DNA of 64,000 nt from Mobula hypostoma (taxonomy: Eukaryota): contig NC_086097.1 of NCBI RefSeq assembly GCF_963921235.1, positions 235,540,001 through 235,604,000 on the forward strand, read 5' to 3'. Within the stretch, counting starts at the first letter, position 1. Each line of letters opens with the position of its first letter. Shown piece after piece: positions 23,917 to 33,830 of this stretch. The translations under genes were made by a program, and so were the position numbers. The notes under the pieces were generated by a model. It did not search any database. It saw nothing but the letters and a program-made list of their open reading frames with translations, and was not told the DNA's origin.

Positions 23917-24599
23917 AAATATGAAGGTTTCACCAGGAGTCTTGTACACTAGCTGAGTATTGGTAGAGCTTCTGAAGTAGCAGATTCCCTGTGTACAGTT
24001 TGCTTGAACAACTGAGACACCTTCACAGAATGGATATGGACAAGCTAACAACAATGTGGCGGTTAGTGTAACACGACTGCAGCACCTGTGACCTGGGATC
24101 AATTCCATCGCTGTCTATTAAGGGTGCTTCCTGTGACTATGTGCATTTCCTATAACTGTTCAGATTTCCTCCCATATTCTAAAGAGCTCGTAGGTCGATT
24201 AGTCAGAAGGGTGTAATTGACATCAACTTGTGGATAGTCTACAGCCAGAGAATTTATCAGAACATAGCTGAGATCAATTCTTGTGATGCGTCGTAATGTT
24301 AAAAAAGGTTACCAGACAGACGTTGAAGCTAATGGATATAGAAGTGTTTTATTCTGGAAAAAAGAGACATTCTTGGAAGAAGAGGGCTGTCTGACCCAAT
24401 ATTACATGACACTTTATATGTTAAATTTGAAAGGTAACAGTAGGACAATTTTATTGTCACAATATATCTATAATGGCTCTATTGAATTACATATAGTTTT
24501 CAAACACCTCCTTCTTCGTACCCATACTCCAGACACCCAATGTGAATGTTGATCAGCATTGTTTGGTTTGTAATCAAAACCTGGAATACTATTGTGCAG

Positions 24600-25150
24600 G
24601 GCTGCATTTTAAATTCAATGTACAATCCATGTTCAGGACTGAAGGTTGGTTGCTAGTTAAATTAATATTTGCTATATGCTCTAACTCCAGAAAACGCCCT
24701 CGCCTTGGGATAACAGCAGAATGCGTGTTCAGCAATGCCACACAGTTCACTGTGTTTATTTGAGACATTGAAGCGATGTAAGATCATTCTCTGTCTATTG
24801 AGCCTATCATAGTAATCTGTTTCTAATAGTGCAGCAGAAAGATTTGTGTAGGTGATATAAGGACATACTTCAGCTTCAGGATAAATCATTGATAAGCCAA
24901 TTTCTTGTTTAAGTATCTTACAACTTCATACTCATTTTCCTGGCTCAACTCCAAAGTGACAATTTAGTCATTCATGGGTTCTCCCAGCTCATGACTGCAT
25001 GTGCTATATTTAAAGTACTTTTCAGCATTAAATGGCTGTGGGTATTCTTTCAATCTCTGAGCCACCTCTGTAAATAAAGATCTTTAACTTTTCTGTGGTT
25101 CAATGCAGTTAGTGAGTATTCAGTTCACTTCTTCAGTTTCTGTAAGCAAT
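24600..25150 (-). pseudogene. Decayed US22/SUKH-like paralog (copy H; mirror about 40113-40663)
   Basis: ILTNCIEPQK..QPFNAEKYFKYSTCSHELGEP..YEVVRY..GSIDRE* in one frame with scattered stops. Confidence 0.5.
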
Positions 25151-25184
25151 TTTCCTCTCTTAAGTTCTTTTATATTCTCCAAGA

Positions 25185-25497
25185 GGACCACAACCCTGTT
25201 GTGGTTTGGAGGCTTACATACCTCAGTGAGGTCCTGTGTTGGCTGGAGTCAGGGCTTTATTCTTTGGCTCTTAATAAGATCATCTAGGTCAAAGGGTAGA
25301 GGTCAGATCATGAGTGGTCCACAGGTCTTCCAGATCTGGGGTTCAGCTCAGGGTTAGCAAGCCTGACTGGTAAAACAAAACCATTACAAAAAAAGCAATG
25401 AAAAATCCTTCGACATCTGAATGGCCAATGCTAGACAGAGATAGAGGACCTTCATTACTGCCCTAAATGCCAGCGACATAACGAGCAGTAAGTAAGT
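25185..25497 (+). mobile_element. Short RTE-type/SINE-like retroposon; a related copy lies at about 3535-3730 on the minus strand
   Basis: Shared segments GGTTTGGAGGCTT, GGCTGGAGTCAGGG and GGGGTTCAGCTCAGGG; (AGTA)n tail. Confidence 0.55.
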
Positions 25498-26481
25498 TCT
25501 CTTATTTATGCTCAATACCTGCTAATTTTCAGCACTATCTCCCAGCTCTTAAATACTATCAGATTGAGACTGGAGAACAAGCACAGCATTTGATGTCCTG
25601 AGCATTGGCCTCCAAATGTGCAACCATGCATTAATTCCATTGAAGCAGCAGGTGAGGTCTACTAATGAAAGAAGGAAGAATGAAAGACAGGTTGGAGTGA
25701 TGACACAGCCTTGCCTCTGCTTACTCTGTTTGGGGATGCAGTAAATGAGCATCACAAGTCAGACTCATCCATCTTCACAGAGAACACCCAGGCTCCACAG
25801 CAGTGTCCACAGTTATGACAAGGTGATCTTGAAATCAACATGCCTGTCCAGGTATTCATGGGAGTTCTAAATTACTTTTGGCACCAAATCTGTTACAATG
25901 ACTTAAAACACGGCATTCAGAGACAGAAGAGAAATAAGTACATTGAAACAGAGAGAGAGTTACACCTATGGAGAGAACGGATTTCCCAAACAAGATAAAT
26001 TCTTGAGTTCTGTTAAAGGGTCTCGGCCTGAAATGCCGACTCTTTATTCTTTTCCATAGATGCTGCCAGATTTGCTGAGTTCATCCACCATTTTGAGTGT
26101 GTTACTCTTGGTTTCCAGCACCTGCCAAATCTGTTGTGTTTAAGGTTTACCAAAGGCCAGGTGTTGGTAAAAATTCACCTGCACATCTAGCCATCTCTTC
26201 AAAGTTCAAAGTAAATTTATTATTAAAGTGTATATATATATAAAACCATATACAACCCTGAGATTCAATTTATTGTGGGCATATTCAATAAATCTAGTGA
26301 ATAATAACCAAAACAGAATCAGTGAAAGACCGGCTCCCCCCCAAAAAAAACTTTGGTGTTTAACCAGAGTACAGAAGACAAGAACTTGTGCAAATACAAA
26401 AAGAAAGAAATAATAACAATAAATAAATTAACTCTAAATATCGAGAACATGAGATGAAAAGTTCTTGAAAGTGAATCCATT

Positions 26482-28302
26482 TGTAGCCCCTGGTAAGCCT
26501 CAGGCTCGCTCAGCTCGCTTCCGTCTGGGGGGAGCAGCCTTCGGCCCCGCCAAACTGGGAAATCATGTTTGGGTGGATGCTGTGTGTTGTGTCCCCTGTG
26601 TAACATCAGTATCCCGAAATAGCATTCAGTCCACAATGAGCGGTTAAACGATTAAGATTTTATATTTACGTATGGGGTTAGTAGAGAACAAAAGAAAAAG
26701 AAAACAAATAAAAGGTGCCAATAATCTCATAAACATGTCCAGTGCACAAACGTTGGTGCTCACGGATTCCCTGTGGCTGATCCTCCTTCGCTCATCGTTG
26801 ACCCCTGGGCTCCTGCCCCGAGCCCAGGCCCAGCGGGTCCGGCAACCGTCTCCTCAAGCCACCTTTTCTCTCTTCATCCTCTTCACACCTTCTTTCCAAA
26901 GCCCGCGCATCTCACAGCTTTCACACAGACAGAAGGAATAACATCTATCCCAATTGGTTAACAAATGAATACAAATCCCGTTATCACTAATTTATAATCC
27001 AAACATACTGCTATAGAGCAGCAGTCCCCAACCACCGGGCTGCGGATCATTATCGGGCCGCAAAGCATGCGCTACTGGGCTGTGAGGAAACAATATGATT
27101 TGGCGATATGAGTCAGCTGCACCTTTCCTCATTCCGTCACGCACTGTTGAGCTTGAACGCACGTGAGGTCATTACCCGCGCGTCATCCATGTCAGCGTGG
27201 GAAGAAGATTAACTCCTTGAGCTTGCAAATGACGGCGGTCTGTAAAGTATGTTCGACATAACATCTCTGCTGGCATTCTGGATCAAAGTCAAGGCTGAAT
27301 ATCCTGATATAGCCACGAAAGCACTGAAAACGTTGCCTCCATTTCCAACATATCTTTACAACGAATGCAACGAAAACTAAATTGCGGAATAGACTGGACA
27401 TAAGGAACCCCCTTCGAGTATCGCTGTCTCCCATCACCCCTCGACAGGACGGTCTTGTTGCAGGGAAACAAGCCCAGGTCTCCCACTGATTCAGCGATAT
27501 TGGTGTGTTGCAATGATTTTATATGTTCATACGGGGAAAATATGCGCTGTGTGTTTAATATCCAAACGTTACTTAAAATGTTATGATGCTATTGACTTAT
27601 AAGTGACTTATATAACCATATAACAATTACAGCACGGAAATAGGTGATCTCGGCCCTTCTAGTCTGTGCCGAAAGCTACTCTCACCTAGTCCCACCGACC
27701 TGCATTCAGCCCATAACCCTCCATTCCTTTCCTGTCCATATACCTATCCAATTTTTCTTTAAAATGTTAATATCAAAACTGCCTTTACCACTTCTACTGG
27801 AAGTTCATTCAACACTTACTTCCAGCTCCCCTGATAATTGACTTATCATTGTATTCATGCGAGGAAAGTATGCGTTGAGTGTTTACTATAAACCCTTTAG
27901 GAAATGAAATTGAGTGTACTGGCCACTTATCACCTATATTTCTGTTGTGATTAACAACCACCCCCCCCAAAACAGAATTGCCAAAAACAATTTGTAGAAA
28001 AAAATCGCACGTACACGCATGCGCAATGGTGCCCACGCAAGGATTCATGGTCATTGTAGTCTTTCTCGGGGTAAACACAATGTATCTGACTGCTACTCTT
28101 GTCCGTTGTCAACTCTACCCCCGCCCCCCCCCTTCCATCCCAGGGTCAGCCGGTCCACAAGAATATTGTCAATAATAAACCGGTCTGCGGTGCAAAAGAG
28201 GTTGGGGACCCCTGCTATAGAGAACCACTGTCTCAGCAGTTAACAGTACAGAGAAGCCACTTTATTCACCTTAGCAGTAACATAAAAGAAGAAACCCTTA
28301 CA
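26482..28302 (-). mobile_element. Solo LTR (TG...CA, TSD CATT) interrupted by a hAT element (mirror 36961-38781)
   Basis: TGTAGCCC at 26482, CTTACA ending at 28302; CATT at 26478-26481 and 28303-28306. Confidence 0.85.
27019..28214 (+). mobile_element. hAT Charlie/Buster-type deletion derivative, 8-bp TSD CTATAGAG (mirror 37049-38244)
   Basis: TIR CAGCAGTCCCCAACC / GGTTGGGGACCCCTG; TSD at 27011-27018 and 28215-28222; dimerisation-domain remnant FWIKVKAEYPDIATKALKTL.PFP.YL...KTKLRNRLDI.NPLRVSLS.I.PR...KQAQ.SH*. Confidence 0.93.
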
Positions 28303-29280
28303 CATTTGTTGTGGAATATTTCAATGATCATTCAACAGTCCAATGGTTGGGGGATAGTAACTGTTCCTGAACCTGTTACTGTAGGTCCTGAGCCTCCTGT
28401 GTCTTCTTCCTGATGGAAGCAGTGAGAAGAAACGTGTTGGGTGTCCCTTCCGTAGCCACCAATCAAAACAGTTTACATCATTATAATTGTGGTTGATCTG
28501 AAGTTGGTTTGAAGAAAAAGTCAATGGACTAAGGAAGTAAAACATGCTCTAATAAAGTTATTACTTTTATCCTATTTATTTCTACAATTTGCTTTGTGCT
28601 GGTATCTATGGCATTTGCTTATGATTTTTTTTCTGGAAGACTATGAAGATATAACCATGGAATTTGGAAAATTTCCATGACATTTTGTCAAATGAAGTTC
28701 CAGTGGAAAGGACACTTCTGTCCCAGCATCATGGAAATAAGCTGGTTAGATTAGTAAAACAGGCAGCATCTCTAGGTACAGTCGATGTTTTGGGCCGAGA
28801 CCCTTCGTCAGGACTAATGGAAGGAAGAGCTAGTAAAAGATTTGAAAGTGGAAGGGGGAGGGGGAGATCCAAAATGATAGGAGAAGACAGGAGGGGGAGG
28901 GATGGAGCCAAGAGCTGGACAGGTGATTGGCAAAAGGGATATGAGAGGGTCATGGGACAGGAGGCCCAGGGAGAAAGAAAAGGGGGAGGGGGGAAACCCA
29001 GAGGATGGGCAAGGGGTATAGTGAGAGGGACAGAGGGAGAAAAAGGACAGAGAAAGAGAAAGAATGTGTGTATATAAATAAATAACGGATGGGGTACGAG
29101 GGGAAGGTGGGGCATTAGTGGAAGTTTGAGAAGTCAATGTTCATGCCATCAGGTTGGAGGCTACCCAGATGGAATATAAGGTGTTGTTCCTCCAACCTGA
29201 GTGTGGCTTCATCTTTACAGTAGAGGAGGCCGTGGATAGACATACCAGAATGGGAATGGGACGTGGAATTAAAATGTGTG

Positions 29281-30843
29281 ACCAAGATCCACAAACCTGC
29301 CTGTCCTGGCCGACCTATTGTCTCAGCTTGCTCCTACCCCACTGAACTCATTCCTGCATACCTCGAGACAGTTTTATCCCCCCTTGTTCAATCCCTTCCT
29401 ACCTATGTTCGTGACACTTCTCGCGCTCTTAAACTTTTCGACGATTTTAAGTTCCCTGGCCCCCATCGCTTTAATTTCACCATGGTTGTCCAGTCCTTAT
29501 ATACTTCCATCCCCCATCAGGAAAGTCTCAAAGCTCTCCACTTCTTTTTGGATTCCAGACCTAACCAGTTCCCCTCTACCACCACTCTGCTCCATCTAGT
29601 GAAATTAGTCCTTACTCTTAATAATTTCTCCTTTGGCTCCTCCCACTTCCTCCAAACTAAAGGTGTAGCTATGGGCACCCGTATGGGTTCTAGCTATGCC
29701 TGCCTTTTTGTTGGCTTTGTGGAACAATCTATGTTCCAAACCTATTCTGGTATCTGTCCCCCACTTTTCCTTCGCTACATCGACGACTGCATTGGCGCTG
29801 CTTCCTGCACGCATGCTGAGCTCGTTGACTTCATTAACTTTGCCTCCAACTTTCACCCTGCCCTCAAGTTTACCTGGTCCATTTCCGACACCTCCCTCCC
29901 CTTTCTAGATCTTTCTGTCTCTATCTCTGGAGACAGCTTATCTACTAATGTCTACTATAAGCCTACTGACTCTCACAGCTATCTGGACTATTCCTCTTCT
30001 CACCCTGTCTCTTGCAAAAATGCCATCCCCTTCTCGCAATTCCTCTGTCTCCACTGCATCTGCTCTCAGGATGAGGCTTTTCATTCCAGGACGAGGGAGA
30101 TATCCTCCTTTTTTAAAGAAAGGGGCTTCCCTTCCTCCACCATCAACTCTGCTCTCAAACGCATCTCCCCCATTTCACGCATATCTGCTCTCACTCCATC
30201 CTCCTGCCACCCGACTAGGAATAGGGTTCCCCTTGTCCTCACTTACCACCCCACCAGCCTCCTGGTCCAACATATTAGTCTCCATAACTTCCGCCACCTC
30301 CAACGGGATCCCACCACTAAGCACACCTTTCCCTTCCCCGCTTTCTCTGCTTTCCACAGGGATCGCTCCCTACGCAACTCCCTTGTCCATTAGTTCCCCT
30401 CATCCCTCCCCACCGATCTCCCTTCTGGAACTTATCCTCGTAAGCAGAACAAGTGCTACACATGCCCTCACACTTCCTCCCTTACTGCCATTCAGGGCCC
30501 CAGACAGTCCTTCCAGGAGAGGCGATACTTCACCTGTGAGTCGGCTGTGGTGATATACTGCATCCGGTGCTCCCGATGTGGCCTTCTATATATTGGCGAG
30601 ACCCGACGCAGACTGGGAGATCGTTTTGCTGAACACCTACGCTCTGTCCACTAGAGAAAGCAGGATCTCCCAGTGGCCACACACTTTAATTCCACGTCCC
30701 ATTCCCATTCTGATATGTCTATCCATGGCCTCCTCTACTGTAAAGATGAAGCCACACTCAGGTTGGAGTAACAACACCTTATATTCCGTCTGGGTAGCCT
30801 CTAACTTGATAGCATGAACATTGACTTCTCAAACTTCCGCTAA
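29281..30843 (+). pseudogene. Penelope RT + GIY-YIG endonuclease (truncated, in-frame stops)
   Basis: KIHKP..PGRPIVS, SLYTSIP, GVAMGT, RYIDD, LPFLD, VYYKPT; downstream FTCESAVVIYCIRCSRCGLLYIGETRRRLGDRFAEHL. Confidence 0.93.
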
Positions 30844-31141
30844 TGCCCCACCTCCCCCTCGTACCCCATCCATTATTTATTTACATACACACATTCTTTC
30901 TCTCTCTCTCCTTTTTCTCCCTCTGTCCCTCTCACTACACCTCTTGCCCATCCTCTGGGTTTTCCCCCCTCTCCCTTTTCTTTCTCCCTGGGCCTCCTGT
31001 CCCATGATCCTCTCATATCCTTCTTGCCAATCACCTGTCCAGCTCTTGGCTCCATCCCTCCCCTTCCTGTCTTCTCCTATCATTTTGGATCTCCTCCTTC
31101 CCCTCCCACTTTCAAATCTCTTACTAGCTCTTCCTTCAGTT

Positions 31142-31177
31142 AGTCCTGACGAATGGTCTCGGCCTGAAACGTCGACT
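31142..31177 (+). ncRNA. Minimal hammerhead ribozyme in the Penelope 3' pLTR, helix II mismatch (mirror 34085-34120, minus)
   Basis: AGTC-CTGACGA-ATG-GTCTCGG-CCT-GAAA-C-GTC-GACT; core intact, one helix II pair broken. Confidence 0.65.
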
Positions 31178-31749
31178 GTCCCTCTTCCTAGAGATGCTGC
31201 CTGGCCTGCTGCGTTCACCAGCAACTTTGATGTGTGTTGCTTGAATTTCCAGCATCTGCAGAATTCCTCGTGTTTAGATTAGTAAGACATTTTCTTCTAA
31301 AATAAATTTGAGTTGTGAGCTTGTTGAAAAGAGTTGACATTGTTAGCTTCACAGATATAGTTTGAAATCTCATTAATTCTTTACAATCAGTGAAAGGTCA
31401 GAGTGATTTTTTTTTAAATACAGCACGATTGTTTAGGAACACACATGAAAGCTGTGTTTATTATGTCCATTACATCTGACAGCAGAGCACTTAGCAAAAG
31501 CTGAAAGTATCCACAACAATTAACATGACACATTTCCCACCTTGTCTAATGACAAAAATGGATTATAAACACATTTATTTCCTTCCCACACAGAAACAGC
31601 TTTCTTTTTGAAGGAATAAATCAGTCCAACTATTTCAAATCAGTTTAGCACATAGTCATCTCAGACATTTTTTAAAGACGTATGTACGGGGTCTCTTTTT
31701 TTTGTATGTTAAATTTAAAATGGCTTCTATGTTATGTTAATCTTTTAAA

Positions 31750-33512
31750 GATATGCAAGTTAAGATTATTAGTTGTGAGGATGCTATTTTGCCGCCAAAA
31801 GCACTTGCAGGCTGCACCCAACACATTCTCTGTGTTGGTCAGTGGCATAAACAATGCATTTCAATGTTTCAATGTACATGTGGCAATAAAGCTAATCTTA
31901 ATCTTAAATCTGATTTTGGTGCAGATGTTCTGAACTACTGGATTATTTATATCATCCATCATGTATAAAGCCCTCCAATCACTCAGTACATCTACATGAA
32001 ATTTAGTCATAGGGAAGCAGCATCCATCAGCAGAGATCTCCACCACCAAGATCATGCACTTTTCTCACTGCTGCTCTCAGGTAGAAGATACAAGAGACTC
32101 AGGACTCATACCAGCCGGTTCAAGAACAGTCACTACCCCTCAACTATGGGGCTCTTGAATAAAAGGTGGTAACTACACTCATTGTCCCATTATTAACATG
32201 TTCCCACAACCAGTGATCTCACTTTAAAGTCTCTTTATCTTGTTCTCGTTATTTATTGCTGTTTATTTATATTTAAATTGCACAGCTTGTTGTCTTCTGC
32301 ACTCTGGTTGATCTTTCATTGGTCCTGTTATGGTTACTATTCTCCAGATTTGCTGAGTATGTAAATGAATCTCAGAATTGTATATGATGATACATATGTA
32401 CTTTGATAACAACGTTTATTTTGAACTTTGAACTTTATGTTGTTTTTGAATTAAATTTGTATGTACTGCACTGTATGAGAATACTTTTTCTAGTCAAGCA
32501 GGTAAGTTCAAAGGGAACATGGGAATCAAAACCCTGTTGAGCGGAGAGGAAGCGTGGGAAATGGAGCCTCGAGAGCTAAGTTGGAGCATGGGAATTGAGA
32601 TTCCATTGAGTGGACTGAGTGTGTAGTTACAATAAGTTCAGAGGGAACTTGGGAATCAGGACTCCAATGAGTGGAAGAAGAATGTGGGAACCATGCTCAG
32701 GTGGGTAATTAGGGAGAGGGGAATGCAGGGCCCAAGTGAATTGAGAGAGAGGGGACAGGAACAGGGATCCTAATGAGTGGGGAGAGAATGTGGGAAAAAT
32801 CACCTGGACATCCTAATGATAAACCATCTGGACTTCAAAACGTTTACTACTTCAGAAGTTTTACCGGACTGTTCCCTCAGATCTAACCAGATACGTGTAA
32901 CGCTCAGCTATATTGGCTTGTATATGTCTAGGGGAAATCCCGCCCAGCACCTGCCTGAACGTTTCCCACGGAGTTGGTCGCTGCACCACTGCCGCCTGAA
33001 TCAATCCCAAACAACAATCATCAGCCAGCACACCCAGTACGTTTTACCAAGTACACTCTATAGATATTACTGTCTATGAAACTAATATAAATTCGATACA
33101 GAAAAGGAAGTAATGGAAAAGGCGCCAGACTTATCAAAGTCCAAGTTCTTCATGCTCAATCGTTGGAGCTCAGAAATTCATGATGACCACCATGATCCCG
33201 TCGACTCACGGCTCGGGACCACCCAGAGTGATCGACTGGAGACTTTTCACACATCTGCCATCCTCTTTGTCTCTCCTCCAACTCCCCCCCAAAAACCCCG
33301 TTCACCGTCCTCCTCATCTCTCCTCCGACTCCCCGCCAAAATCCCGTCCACAGTCATATGAGACAGCATTATCACCCAAAAAAAACGATAACATGAACAC
33401 CCACTGGCTAATAGCACCCTGCTGTCTGTATTAACCCAAGCAAATTTCTAGCTAGAGATTTTCTCAGCATTTAACATAACAAAGAAGCCATTTTAATCCA
33501 TATACGCAGCAG
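31750..33512. other. Unique 1763-bp palindrome spacer (retroposon 3' ends, degenerate tandem repeat, most of a solo LTR)
   Basis: No mirror counterpart; ORFs 31753+, 31861-, 32777+, 33113+ and 33180+ occur only once. Confidence 0.95.
32005..32436 (+). mobile_element. Rex1/Babar-like LINE 3' end in the spacer
   Basis: EAASISRDLHHQDHALFSLLLSGRRYKRLRTHTSRFKNS remnant; 3' tail (TTTGAAC)n. Confidence 0.75.
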
Positions 33513-33830
33513 TTTAAAAGATTAACATAACATAGAAGCCATTTTAAATTTAACATACAAAAAAAAGAGACCCCGTACATACGTCTTTAAAAAATGTCTG
33601 AGATGACTATGTGCTAAACTGATTTGAAATAGTTGGACTGATTTATTCCTTCAAAAAGAAAGCTGTTTCTGTGTGGGAAGGAAATAAATGTGTTTATAAT
33701 CCATTTTTGTCATTAGACAAGGTGGGAAATGTGTCATGTTAATTGTTGTGGATACTTTCAGCTTTTGCTAAGTGCTCTGCTGTCAGATGTAATGGACATA
33801 ATAAACACAGCTTTCATGTGTGTTCCTAAA
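32821..33830 (+). pseudogene. Decayed US22/SUKH-like paralog (copy I), split by the solo LTR; 5'-truncated mirror at about 31432-31678, minus
   Basis: FEIVGLIYSFKKKAVSVWEGNKCVYNPFLSLDKVGNVSC* (33623-33742); the frame continues across the excised LTR. Confidence 0.45.
32896..33579 (-). mobile_element. 684-bp solo LTR with 4-bp TSD TACG, straddling the spacer and right arm
   Basis: TGTAAC at 32896, GTACA ending at 33579; TACG at 32892-32895 and 33580-33583; terminal sequence similar to the LTR at 26482-28302. Confidence 0.88.

Larger units (their letters stand above)
28758..31273 (+). mobile_element. Penelope-like element, 5'-truncated, with inverted pLTR at the 5' end and 12-bp flanking duplication
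   Basis: RT and GIY-YIG ORF; about 28760-29281 is an inverted copy of about 30678-31200; TTAGATTAGTAA at 28746-28757 and 31274-31285. Confidence 0.93.
1054..31749 (+). repeat. Left arm of giant palindrome (inverted segmental duplication, at least 30.5 kb)
   Basis: Nearly every ORF in the track has a mirror on the opposite strand (e.g. 13323..15404+ / 49861..51942-; 29263..30393+ / 34869..35999-). The last 20 nt of the window are the reverse complement of 1054-1073. The match ends at TCTTTTAAA 31741-31749. Confidence 0.98.

Noticed and set aside
26006..26042. Hammerhead-like remnant (also about 265-300 minus and 28780-28815 minus)
   Set aside because: CUGANGA and/or GAAA core is mutated; not called as ribozymes.
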